DNA of 62,683 nucleotides, the filler included, from Choristocarpus tenellus KU-1152 (Eukaryota; Protista; Phaeophyceae), in the NCBI GenBank assembly GCA_964200185.2. It is 11 parts of 11 records of this genome, joined end to end, with 100 filler letters (N's around TTAATTAATTAA, not from the genome) between each part and the next. Parts side by side here need not be neighbours in the genome. Positions count along the whole stretch, not along the records: positions 26,761 to 38,388 come from CAXNAD020002217.1; positions 38,489 to 43,039 come from CAXNAD020014031.1; 9 more parts are not named here. One strand, given 5' to 3'. Below the pieces are notes generated by a model. That model was given only the letters and a program-made list of their open reading frames with translations, was not told where the DNA came from and searched no databases. Below are positions 27,036 to 39,068 of the stretch, piece after piece. The stretch's first letter is position 1. Each line of letters begins with the position of its first letter. The translations under genes were made by a program, and so were the position numbers.

Positions 27036-27472
27036 TTCGGGATGGATCGAGCGCTGGAAGTGTTGAATGTCGATTGTCAATAGTGAGTTAGTTATATCAG
27101 GCGAGAGGTTTGATTTTGAGCAAAAGACTAAATAGTTTAACATTGCGGACTAAGAAGCCTCAGTAAGATGGAATCATAGCACACTTACCTATCATTTCCC
27201 CTCCACTTCAATGAGTCAAATGCGTATCAAAACATCCAATTTAACAACAGACAACGGCACCCACTCAGAATAAACAAGCTCCTAAGGTGTGCAAATCCCT
27301 AGTGTTTGATATACTTTCACTCTAATCTTCAGTGTGGACGTTTCTTTTCAGAGGTTCTGCTGTCTGAGCTTAACCAGAATCCTGTCGACTCTCATTTGTA
27401 CAGTGAAGCAATGCTGAGTCTTACCCCTGAGCAATTTATCCCTCCGCTCATATAGTAGGGATTCTAACGCAC

Positions 27473-28647
27473 ATGGTAGGTGCTGTTAGATCTCTTGGTG
27501 TGGGCTGATATTTTTTTCGCATTTTGGAATGGGGAATAGTGGAGAATATTGCTACCTCGTCCATATGTGCTCATTTAGCCATTCTTTCATTGCAACATCG
27601 CAGGATCAGTGCCGCACAGCAGTGACCAATGTGCGGTCTCAGGCTGCTGCAATCCGAAAGACGACATCGGAGTACTTGAAGGAGGAGCTTTTGAAAGGAG
27701 AACTGCTGGTCAATGGGGATCCGAAGTGGTACGATTCGAGGTTTTCTCCTACCTTTATCTTAACATTTCATCTTTCTTGTCAGTACCCAAGACTAATGAC
27801 TCTCACATTGACAGGTCTGAGGTGCTTAGCAGTTTTCAGGTGGTGGCTCGTCAATTTTCGGACTTGGCGGACGACGTTGATCCCGTGCTGAGTTTCTTTG
27901 CGTACAAGCCGTTGCGGCCAACGGCCAATTCTGTGGACAGTGAGTTCTTGCCTAGCCTCCACTCGAGTCCTTATGGTTTGTTTTTTTTCAATCGTTGTAT
28001 ACACGAGAAATACACGAGCACAGCTCACTCCAATCGCTTTGTACACACTTTCATCTGCCTGTTGGCAGTACCAACGTTCTTAAGCACCAGAATTTTGACC
28101 GGCGTAGAGACTGAATCCCGCTGGAATGGCGAAAGTTCGGGCAAGAGTGAGGGAAACCCAGATGTCCACAAGGTGTGTGAAATAGGTGCTTTCACTACAA
28201 TTCACTCAATGGGGTCTAGTTACTCCTCATGTTGTCCCTTCTTGGTGTGCGAAGTCACTGCGGAGCTGCTGTACACCAATACAAAGGTTCAGCTTATCTC
28301 TCCCTGAACAATGTGGCAGCCTGATTGACAATCCTCTAGAAGGGGATGTAACAGAATGGTCCCATGTCGAAATGAACTGAAGTTTCCTCATTTTTTTCAG
28401 GACAGATTCTGTTTTAGTTCAGAGATGGAAGCTGAAGATTGCTCAACAATGTAGCTCTAGGCCTGATTATGAACTCTGTGGGTAATTATATTTCCTGCAG
28501 TATCTCCCTGTACAGCACCCTTCAACCACAGTGTGTTTTTCGAATATGCACAACCAGGCAACTGTGGAACTATACAACGAGAAAGTGGAGGGAATCAGCA
28601 AAGCTTACCAAATGGCGGCAAGGGAGTTACTTGACAGATTACTATAG
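27473..28647 (+). CDS. MED8: Mediator subunit 8, 5 exons, ~148 aa
   Basis: Exons 27473-27475 (ATG only), 27604-27728, 27815-27939, 28069-28172, 28558-28647. PKWSEVLSSFQVV..F..L.DDVD....FAYKP....IPTFLSTRIL..VE resembles the MED8 core as recalled from plant MED8 (PKWQDILGQYSMV...LPVMLSSKLLPEME). Confidence 0.8.
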
Positions 28648-28784
28648 AAGGCTCATTGCAATTATATAGTCACACCTTGCAAGATGGCAAGATATACTGG
28701 TCTTGCATTGTGTTGTGAACCTGAGAGTATGCATGGATGCCCTTTTTTGCCCTTTGATTTTGTTTGGATCAAGAAAGTACCTCT

Positions 28785-29895
28785 TCAATCGTTCATCATC
28801 TGGTGGAAGTTGTTGAGAGATTCAAGGAGAGGCAACAGTGTGTGTAAGGTAGAATCAATGTTGCTTCATAAGATCAAAATGTCTTCTTCAGAAGATATTC
28901 TGCATTCAATAATACTTGGGATGGTTGTTGTGATATCCCAAACTCAGGTTGGCAATCACTAGCTTAGCTGGTGGTGAATACACCAATGCCTGTGTCTTCT
29001 TCCCAGCACCTACCATGTTGATGTACTCCACATAGTTGACCATCCCATTGTGATCAGGCTCAAGCTGTAGCACACAAGATAACAAGGGAAGAGAGGTCCA
29101 TGACATGATTGATGCTGCATTTTCATTCTTCTTACCCTTAGTCAACTTTTTGGCGCGGCTACTTGAGTGGGCATCGCATTTGAGAATATTACAAACCAGC
29201 AGTTCATAGTTCAGATTCCAGCACACTACCAAATGTGGATAATACAAAGCAATCCAGAGATTGTCGCTTTTCACCTGACTGACCAAGTCATGGGCTTGTT
29301 CTTGCGTTAGTTTTTCGTTTCCGTATGTTGTCAAAGCTGTGATGAGAGAGTCAACATTGATACTCCCTGGGGGAGAGCCAGCTTCAAACACCTGAACATT
29401 AAAGAACAGGAGAAGAGGTACTAAGAAGATCAACATCTATGACATCTATCGTGTGTTGTGCTATGGTATCATCATACAGTACTTGCGGACAGAAGCAGAC
29501 CCATCTAACCTTGAAAGCACCTTTGACTTGGTCAGCCGAGTATGATGCGTTCACCTTTCGAGACATCACAGCGACAAATTCTGCCACATCAGGTGATGGT
29601 GAAGAATGAGAGTTAGTAAGTGGAGTGAGCGCAGAGGAACAGAGAGACCTCAATTCGAGCGCCACAACATTCCACAATCCAGAATAGACTAGAAACCTTC
29701 GAAATCTATCTCGCCGTTGCTGTCCTGGTCAATCTCGTCAATCATTAGGTCAATTTCCTCTGGGGTGGCATCTATTCCCAAGGTGTCCATTAGTTCGCCG
29801 AGCTCCTCCTTTGTGATCGTCCCCCCTCCGTCCTTGTCCATAAGATTGAAGATCTCTCGAAACTCCCCTAGCTCTTGCGCCGATAAGCTCTCCAT
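28785..29895 (-). CDS. Calmodulin-like EF-hand protein (~150 aa), likely an outer-arm dynein light chain LC4 homolog
   Basis: Exons 29895-29697, 29580-29510, 29391-29275, 29064-29014, 28799-28785. EF1 (DKDGGGTITKEE) and EF2 (DQDSNGEIDFEE) are canonical; EF3/4 are degenerate. Y..V..AFK..P.G.I...SL..ALTTY recalls Chlamydomonas LC4. Confidence 0.85.
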
Positions 29896-31553
29896 AGTGG
29901 AAGTAGACTCTGAGCGCACGAGATGGAACAGTATCAGCAAGTGCAACTTGTTCACTTGACTGTGGTAAATGAAAGAACAATGTTGTACAATACAGTTGGC
30001 ATATCGCCAACCCTTTCACGAAACGATGAAACGGCAGAGAAGATGCCTATACCGTACGACGTATGACATCGTGTTTCATTGTACAATGTGCTTCAGAGCA
30101 AAAGGGGGCAAAGCTGTGATTCCTTGAGCTTCTTGTATCCTCTACGATTTGTCCTTACCGAATAGTGATTCGATTTGTCGAATCCCAGTGTCTACCTCGC
30201 CGTTTTTGTTTCAATGTCTGGTCCCAACGTACTCATCATGGTGTTTCGCCTCTATCCGTGCCGATATAAATATGTTCTTTTCCATCCACCACACCTTGTG
30301 AACTAACTACCTACAAATTCCCCTTATCACCAGACGCTAGATGAAGCAATACTCTGCTGTGTTATTTTTCCAATTGTTTCCACCCAACCTCTATGGTTTG
30401 CACATCCTTGAGCTTGTCTATCGAAGTTATGATATATCCACGAATACGAAAAACTGGTGTAAGGAGAGCGTATCTCCTTTAACAAATTTTAATACTCACA
30501 GCGTCTGCTCAGCCTTCCTGGTGTATATAGGTGATTGTGCAGAATATTACGATTCATTACACTGACAATACCATCTGTACAGCTCAAAGGAGATCGCATG
30601 GAGGATGATGAAGGTGGATTAGAGGTCAAACACGGCTTGCCTCCCATAGGTAATTCCATCTTGTCAAAACAACTCTCTACATCAAAACTAGTCCTCATGG
30701 AAGGTGGGTACGAGGGAGTACAAAACTGAACAGGACTAACCGTAGATTTTGTACTTGATGGAAAGGATGAAAACAAAACAAAACAAAACATCAGAATGGG
30801 ACGCATGACCATAAGGAAGAAATGGTGGTCTTAGCTTCAGCGTTACATATATAAGAATAAATGAGTAACTGGAATTTCCTCCCAGTTATAGATGTGGTGC
30901 TACTTCTATGCTGTGATTATGGCAACTCTCGTTCACTCGGCATGGAAATTGACGAAAGGACAGGAGGGATGCTCCTAGAGCTGTGAGACTATTTTTTTTG
31001 TCCGTTCACTTCCCGAAACTGAAATGCATCTCACTTTTGTAACATGTGAAGTAGGAACACTGCAGTCTACACTCATATGTTCAGACACTCAAATACAGCT
31101 GTACACAGAGCTCTAGGTCTGAAACTGTATCAGGAATATTGCTGACAATGACAGACACCTCTCCTGAACTACTACCAGAAGATTCAAATTGACCTCGATT
31201 GGTTTATGAGATGATGTAGATATCCCTTCAGCTAAACCACAATTCTTGCAATGACTGCTAATATGCCAATAAACAAGATTAGAAATGGACATACATGGGT
31301 ATGTACTGTCATCAAAAAGAGTTTGTTTCAAGCAATAAAAAGTATTCTTAGCAATATGCATGGATAATTTTGGAATGTAGAGAGCAGGTGAATCACTGCT
31401 ACACAGCTTTTTAGAGTATATTAAATTACTACACAAGGTCGTCAAGGCGAGAACAAGATGCACATGCATCTGACTATTATATATATACATCTCATCGAGC
31501 TCAAAGTATCTTGAAATGGGCAAAGTGCTGTTAAGTAACTCTTTGTTTCTCCT

Positions 31554-34500
31554 TTATTCTCCTCCTAAGCTTTTCTTCTTTTTCTTCTTTTTCTTTTCAC
31601 TTGTTTTCTCACTGCCATCCTCTACCTTTAGCTTCTTGGGTGTTTCACTCTGTTCATCTACATCCTCATTAGCTGCTCTCTTTTTCTTTTTCTGCTAGGT
31701 CAAAACAGAGAAGGGGAGAAGGCAATGGAAGTATTGGCATGTGTGAATATTAGCTTTGAAGTCATTTTTCACCAAGGACTGATCTATTCCAAACAAGCAA
31801 AAATCATCTGGACTTACTAACTTCACCTTCTTTCCAGAGGTTGGTGCCTCTGCATCTCCATTCTCTCCCAACTGTGCTCGAATCTTGTCACCCACAAACT
31901 TCATGACATCAATATTTTTGCGAGGGGCTTCCCCTGTATCATAAAACTTCAGCCTCTCCTCCACCTGTTCCCTCAGCTCTTCGCCATACTTGGTTGTGGG
32001 CTCCTCACTGAAGCTGTCACACAACATACAGCAAATTGAGTAGACAAAAGTCAAACATGTGGTGTATGGGATCCTCTGGTTACATATGCCAATGAAATAT
32101 ATTCTAAATAAGAGTGTACTACTTAGTGTTATTAATTGTGGCAAATAAAAAGCTCATGTTCAAGAAAAACACATTTAATCAACAGAAAATGTTATGTAAC
32201 TTTTTCAATTCATTTGGTGAGAATGCATGATGTACATGCTACTGGTAGAGTGGCAATTAAAGAATTTAAATTCATAAACTGCATACACATTTGATTATAA
32301 TCAACCACAAAAAAAAAATTCAAACCGATTAAAAAAATAATCCAAAAAGTGCCTTCATTGACAACACTAGTTCTAAAATGGTGACAAGGTAGATAAGGCG
32401 CGTAGGATATTCCATTATTACTAGAGTTGTGAATCAGCATTATACTAATTGTTCACATCAGCTTAATCACAATAAACCGATATTGAATACTTTTGAACAA
32501 TCAGGAGAATTCTTTGCTCATCATGGATTCACATAGACGCCTCTGAAATTTAGTCTTATTTTTTAGACTCTGACTGGGGCCCTCACCACCCACTCATGAG
32601 CCCAAAATCCTCACAGCCGTACCTCTAGTCAGTTGCACAACATGCGCAACAACCCAGATGATCAATTATGATCAAACAGCAGGAGCTGATCAAATCAATA
32701 TTCAAGTCATAAACCCTCCATTACATAGGTTCACAACTCTTAATATCACACATTGACACATACAAGCACCAAGTAAGAGCGGTGGACCACATAGGAAGAG
32801 GTGTATGCTAGTGAAACCACCGTAAGAGAGTATTAGGTTTAAGGTGCTGTAATACTTGCCACTGAAGCAAATAAATAAATAGTCCTCATATGCACCACTA
32901 CAAATATGCATCAATGTCAATACACCACCATGTGACCCTGTGACCTTCCATTCTCTCAACTCAGCTTCATCCAGGTCTCAGACTATTGAACCCATTCAGT
33001 AACTAGTTATCAATTTAGCTAAACAAGGTGGCCAAACACCACACAAACTTTCAAGTGAAATTGTGAGCAAAAGAAATACCAAAAAATGTACTGTGATAAT
33101 GAAATTGCGAATATGGAGGTAGGTGTTTGCACCTAAAATTGATCCACTATGAAATTCATTCTGTGGGAGGACAGGCCTATAATTTTATTCGAACAATCTT
33201 CATCACATCACAACAATGCTTCACCTGTCAATCCGACTGGCAATGGCACACTTGTTTGCCAAGACACGAGAAATGCGCCCCTTGTTTTTTGCAGCTGCCC
33301 TTCCAATAAAGGTCGAGTGATAGATTATGCCATATTTTGGGGTATTTCCCTTGGTCTTAAGAGCACGGAATAGAGCCTGTCCGTAACAAGTATCAACAGT
33401 TAGGAAAGATGCAAGAAAATTTCCTAGCATATAGTATGGATATTGCATTACCATGATAGTCATTGCACAATGTATTTGGAAGAAAAATCTGCACCTTCTC
33501 AGCACCCAGAATCTGTACAGTGGATGCTGGACATTTCGCCAAAGAGGTCAGGGAGCCAGCCTTGGAGATGAGGCGAGCTCCAACAACTTCACCAATCAAA
33601 GCACCCAGGTTGGGGGCCACAATGTCCATCTGGAACAAGGTTCATAGTAGATTTCCATGGTGGGGTCAGTAACACACTGTCACTCATTTCAATAATGAAC
33701 TGAGATATGCCCAAGCCCAAACAACAAAACATCCACGTAATTGGATAGCAGAGAGATATCTGATATACATAGAGTGTGCGCCCTGTTGCTCTTTACATTC
33801 CACACAGTATTAGCAGTTTCTTGTACAATGTACCTGAAGAAGGTACTACTAAAGAGTTCAGTTTTTACATGGTATGTATGTGATATTAGGTTCTAACACA
33901 ACAATCATGCTGTAGGGTGCTAAGGATTCTCAAATCCTGTTAAAACTGATTTCTAGAAAACCGTACCCAATCTAACATTGAAAAAAAATTGGGAACAGGT
34001 TTAACCATGGACATCAACAGAAGCCAGAGCTATCACTAATATCCATTCCTACCACCTATCGAAAAAATAACCCCCATGAACTTTAAAATAGACCAAAGCT
34101 TGATTCTCTGAAGTGAGCGTAATATATTCATACCTTATCTACCAGATACACATGTAAATCCCTCCTGTACTCTGCCAGCTTCACCATTCGCTGACAGAAC
34201 GTGACAATGTTTGACATGTCTACAGGGGAAGCATCCATTCCCATTGATGTCCGCGACGCTTTTAATATAGCAGCTGCAAGCTCTTCATCCATCACAATCT
34301 CATTGAGACCTGGGAGCATTTCCTCATTAAATGCTGCACGGTCCTTGTGCAAGTATGTGAACATGGATCAGCATAGGTATCGTAGTTTTTCACAAAAAAA
34401 GTTAACAGAATATCAATAACTCCACATGCGATGGAGACAGTATCACAAATTTAGCGAATCACTCTTAGTATTTTCATTGCAGTTGAGGACCCAATGCTTG

Positions 34501-37500
34501 TTTCTTGCAACCAAAAAATGACCATCTTCCAAGGTTCTTTTTCTTTGAAAGAAAATTGACTTGCCATAGGGCATATACTAGGTAGAGCTTGTACTTGATA
34601 TGAGAAAACTAAAAAAGGAAAGGATATTCTGGGATCAAATACACAAAAGTGAAATGTACCACAACATATTTAGTGCCATCGTAGCAGGGGAGAATGCCTT
34701 CCCTCTCAGCAGGTTTGGTAGGCAAGCTCTACTATTGGTGGTAACAGTCAGGTATCCTAGTCAAAGAGGTGTCACTCTTGTAACATATAATTGTCAGAAG
34801 AGTATACACTTAAGCATTGGAACAAAATTGGGTTACACAGTAAGCAGATTCACAAGACAAGCGTAAGTAGACAAACATTCTCTCTATTTTTGCTAATGAT
34901 GGAAATAAGAGCCTTCAAAATTGCACACCTTGATGTAGGCAGCACATCTTGCAAACATGTAGTTGTCCTTGACAAGGTCACGAAGTTCTGGGAAGTGCCA
35001 ACAATACCATTCACGAACCCGCATTGCAAAGGTATTGAGGTCCTTATCCAGCTGATCCAGGAGACAGATGCTCTGGATAATCATGTTATCAGACCGAGCT
35101 GGGTTCATCTTCACCTGGTATAGCAGAGGGTCAACAGAAATGCATTTACCAACTCGTTGCCTAGTTCCTTTCAAGGATGTAACACTGCCAATTTCTCCAA
35201 CTCCTCCCAATATCAACAATAAACATGCACTCACAATGATGGCATGTTTTGGTATATGATCAACTATAATATACACCATAGAGAAACATGCTACTCAATG
35301 CCTATTCTGATGAGAATTAAAAAAATGTTACCACACATGATGCAGAATTGCCCTGCAAATGAGCACTCACAAGATCCCCGATATATGTGCAAACCAAGAA
35401 AAAACATCCGTAACTGCCGGTAAGATAGAATTACTCTCCATAAACAGAACAGAAAATGCCTCATCTTTGCAAATGGTATCAAAGAACTGCCCTCTGCATG
35501 TTGATGCCACAACTGTGTTATATTCAACTGGTTATCAACTATGGGTACCATTCAGTGTTGACATGATGACATATCCCCTTAAAAACCTTACCAAAAAGTT
35601 CTGAATGTAACTCCCATGGAAATTCTGACTTGATATCCTGAAAAATAAATCCAGACTTGGATCATTAGACACGTAAAAAAAATCAACATATCAGAGATTT
35701 GGAGTCAGTAACTCCCACATCTTTGTTGGTACCCATATATCTATATACTTTACTGGAATAATGTAGAATACCAGGAGAGGATATATATAAAACCAAGGAC
35801 GATTATCTAGGATGAAGTTCATGTCCACCCTACCTATAGTACACTATGACTTCTAGTAGCTAGACACAACCAAAAATGTCATTATTCCACCATTTTGGGG
35901 ACAGTTGGGTATCACAAGTAGAGAGAGGACCTCTCAGGTCAAAGTGAAGGATTTTAGTATCTCCACAAAATGTCAGGTAACATTGTTTTCATCAATGAAG
36001 TTCCTCTCCTAAGCACTAGCATACTGTTGACCAACCTGCATAAAGTAGAAGACAATATTCTTGATGACAGAGAACCTTCACACACAAAAGAATCCCAACA
36101 CCTTTACATAGTTTGAAGATACTTACTTTAGCTCGGGAGTAACTGTGACCAAGGCCTAGCTGTGCTTTTTCTGCAGCACCACCATCTAGTTCCTTCACAA
36201 ACCTGACATAGAAGGGTTAGGGTATACTTTTATTGGCAAGGATGCAAGCCTTATCAACACAATGTGCTCAAAGATAAAGTACACTATGGAGGTAAGGCAA
36301 TCCAAATCAACATGTGAGAAACTATTGTTGTGTACACCCCTTCAACTAGAAAATACATTTATTGTCCAGAAGTGATGAGCAAACACCTCCTCAGAAAAGA
36401 AAACCATGAATCAACCTATAGCCCCTGTTACATGTAATTCAAGACACAGCACCTAACGGATTTAAAGATACTTCATATGACCAAACCTTCAATATAGTCA
36501 GAAAAGTGGAAGTAGCGAACCTAAGGTACAGGCGTACCCTCACCGGCTGAAATGGACGCGGATCCCTCGAACAATCCCTGTGATGGTATCATCTGAACGG
36601 CACGGAAAACCTAGCTGATCCTGTATTGCTCTGGCAAGTCCCGACTCAATGCACCCTAGCTGAAACTTCGACTTCGACTTCTTAACTTTCGGCAGGTTCA
36701 TCTCCAAGAAGTTCTGGAGGCCAGCGATGATTGTGTTTAGAACAAAAATTGGAGAACAGCCTTATCAAATTGATAGTATCTGCATTTCAATTCAACACGA
36801 ACCCTCGCCACGCCGATGTTCTAGAGATACTCAATACTAGTTGTGCCTAAGAGGCGATACATCAATACATCAGAAGCCAGTATCTCACAGATCAAACATA
36901 CCTTGTCGTCGGCAAGTTGAAGGATAATCACGGACTGCGGGTAGCCCATCATTATGCAAATAAAGCACACAAAATATTCGCTTCGGTAGAGTATTCGTAT
37001 TTTCTTTGACCCACCTTGAGGTCATCTGTAACTATCTGCTCGCTGATTGCATTCACGTTTTCCAGCGCCTTCTCGGCCGAGGTGAAAGGTTGGAAGGCTT
37101 TGAGCTTCACTGTCCTAAGAAAACGTTGTACATCTACCACGGCCTTTTGCACCTCCTCAAGCATGTCACCAATCTCCTCTACCTCTACTACCTCCAGAAG
37201 GGCATACCCCGACGCTGACTCGTACAGCACGTACAAGACCTGAAAAAAACGGTCACATGAGCAACAATGTGATGAGAGCATTTCGTCTTCCTCTGTACCT
37301 GCCAGCCATGAGTAACACAAACAAGTACTAAATTTGTACCATCAATAGATGAGTGACGATGGATGTTGACACTCACATTTGATCGCATTCAATAAGGTGC
37401 AAAACCCCAACATCCACCATAGCTGATACGAAAAAAACTCCAAGATGGTGGAGATAAGTTGAGACATGGTGCAAAAACAGTACCGAGAAGAACAAAATAA

Positions 37501-37509
37501 TCTCACCAT
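31554..37509 (-). CDS. NOP56: Nucleolar protein 56 (box C/D snoRNP core), 10 exons, ~494 aa
   Basis: Exons 37509-37507, 37239-37015, 36713-36544, 36202-36127, 35114-34929, 34343-34134, 33629-33495, 33376-33225, 32013-31827, 31694-31554 (1485 nt, in frame). Motifs [86 protein letters not shown] and a lysine-rich tail. Confidence 0.97.
32428..32532 (-). ncRNA. Box C/D snoRNA in NOP56 intron 8 (target not identified)
   Basis: Perfect C box ATGATGA (32524-32518), D' CTGA, C'-like GTGATTA, D box CTGA (32437-32434), terminal stem TGTGAA/TTCACA; sense to the host gene. Confidence 0.8.
35923..36008 (-). ncRNA. Box C/D snoRNA in NOP56 intron 4 with a U37/SNORD37-type LSU guide
   Basis: C box TGATGA (35994-35989), D' CTGA, C' GTGGAGA, D CTGA (35937-35934), flanking stem GAGAGGA/TCCTCTC. 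The D guide CTTCACTTTGAC is complementary to the conserved LSU rRNA sequence GUCAAAGUGAAG. Confidence 0.88.
36866..36958 (-). ncRNA. Box C/D-like structured RNA in NOP56 intron 2 containing an alternative 5' splice site
   Basis: C-like ATGATGG (36952-36946), D CTGA (36873-36870), terminal stem TGCA/TGTA, self-complementary arms, internal AAG|GTATGT at 36904-36896. Confidence 0.62.
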
Positions 37510-37749
37510 GACAACACTCTTACGAATACAGCCACCACTGGAGATTGATACGAAATCAACTTCTGTTGTCCAGTTAAAGGACTTCTTGGGTGTTCAATGT
37601 GTGATACGCCTTGATATGGCGAGTGAGTTAGTTGTGTGTGGCTAGAAGGTGTCTAATAAAATATGCACGGGACGAATATTCCTGTATCATCTACAGAAAA
37701 TACACGGGATATACACGGGATATTAATCATCTTTTGTTGTATTTATTAC

Positions 37750-38250
37750 TTCAGTCCATATAGTGGAAAGTGTTGGGCACGTCGGTAAGCAACTAGAAAG
37801 TTTTCTGGATGAGTTGGCTACACACACGGTAGGGGGAAGAGGGGTGGGAGATTACAGCAGGAAAGGAGCTGTCAAATAACGTTTACGGCAGATAGTAGTG
37901 TCTCTCGTACACAAGTGGCTCTATCAGGAGGTGTCATGCATTTTAAGGTGGACACACCAGGGAGATGGGCAAGGAAGGGACTGTCAGATTCTTGGGATGT
38001 TTCCCTAGCTCCTCGCCCTGTGGTGTAGGGCTAAGCTAGGTTGGAGGTATAGCAGCAGTGTACAAATAACATGTAATTAAGATCTTTCATGGGAGTTGCG
38101 ATTTATAGCTGGTAGTCAAATAGAAAATAGATTTTGGAGAGATATCTTTCGCATTTACGACAATTGTTACTTTTACGGGGGCCCTTCTGATATTGAATTG
38201 GCTTTTTCCCTGACACATATCTGGAAAGTGTCAGAAGGTATAGTAATATA
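37750..38250 (+). mobile_element. 3' fragment of CRE-like LINE upstream of NOP56
   Basis: Homologous to 21867-22330 (RLE tail + 3' UTR). Confidence 0.75.
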
Positions 38251-39068
38251 TTACAATGCTATTTAGGTGTAGATATAGATCATAGTCGCATTTGCCGAGG
38301 AGTTAGACGGCACAAGTTACGGCTCAAAGTATCTGGGAGGGGGTGGCGGCTGTCCATCTGGGGTCAATTTTTTTATGTCGCGATTTTTNNNNNNNNNNNN
38401 NNNNNNNNNNNNNNNNNNNNNNNNNNNNNNNNTTAATTAATTAANNNNNNNNNNNNNNNNNNNNNNNNNNNNNNNNNNNNNNNNNNNNGTGGGATTGAAT
38501 GGAAGGTCCACAGTGGGACAAGCATATTCTTTCAGTTCAAGGATATCCCAAGTGGGGGGGGGGGGGATGGCAAGGAATGCCTTCTTGCGGTTACTGGTGG
38601 AGTAAATAAAATAGTTTTTTTTTAAGTACTCAACAGGACTGACTTCCAAGGTGCAAATAAAGCTTCGATGAGAGTGCTCCCACTCAGGGGGGACACATGT
38701 CAACTTGGATGGTGTTTGCACACAGACTGTGCTCACTAAGCTGCTGTAAACTGTTTGTAACCCTCGGCTTAAGCGGTGCATACTTCAGTGCAGCACACTT
38801 GCAAGAGGTTAGACAAACTCTGCTCACCATAAGTAGGTTACATGAGGTTGGGAATTATAACAGAGAGGAAGGTGGTCATGACAGCACTACCGATAGATAA
38901 GCAGGCACTACATCACACATTCAGGGATAGTGATGACAGAAATGGAGCTGAGACACAGGAGTCGATTTAACTCCATGGCATTTTAACACAAGAGTTTGTG
39001 GTGATTACACTTTGCGTCAAAAATAGCAAAATGCCTTTTGCAGAGGTACTCCCTATACATATACTTAC

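Noticed and set aside
33199-33206. GTGATGA C box near the intron 8 donor
   Set aside because: No partner D box or stem within a plausible distance.
36391-36480. Fourth C/D snoRNA in NOP56 intron 3
   Set aside because: CTGA is present, but the C box is poor, there is no terminal stem and the guide match is imperfect.
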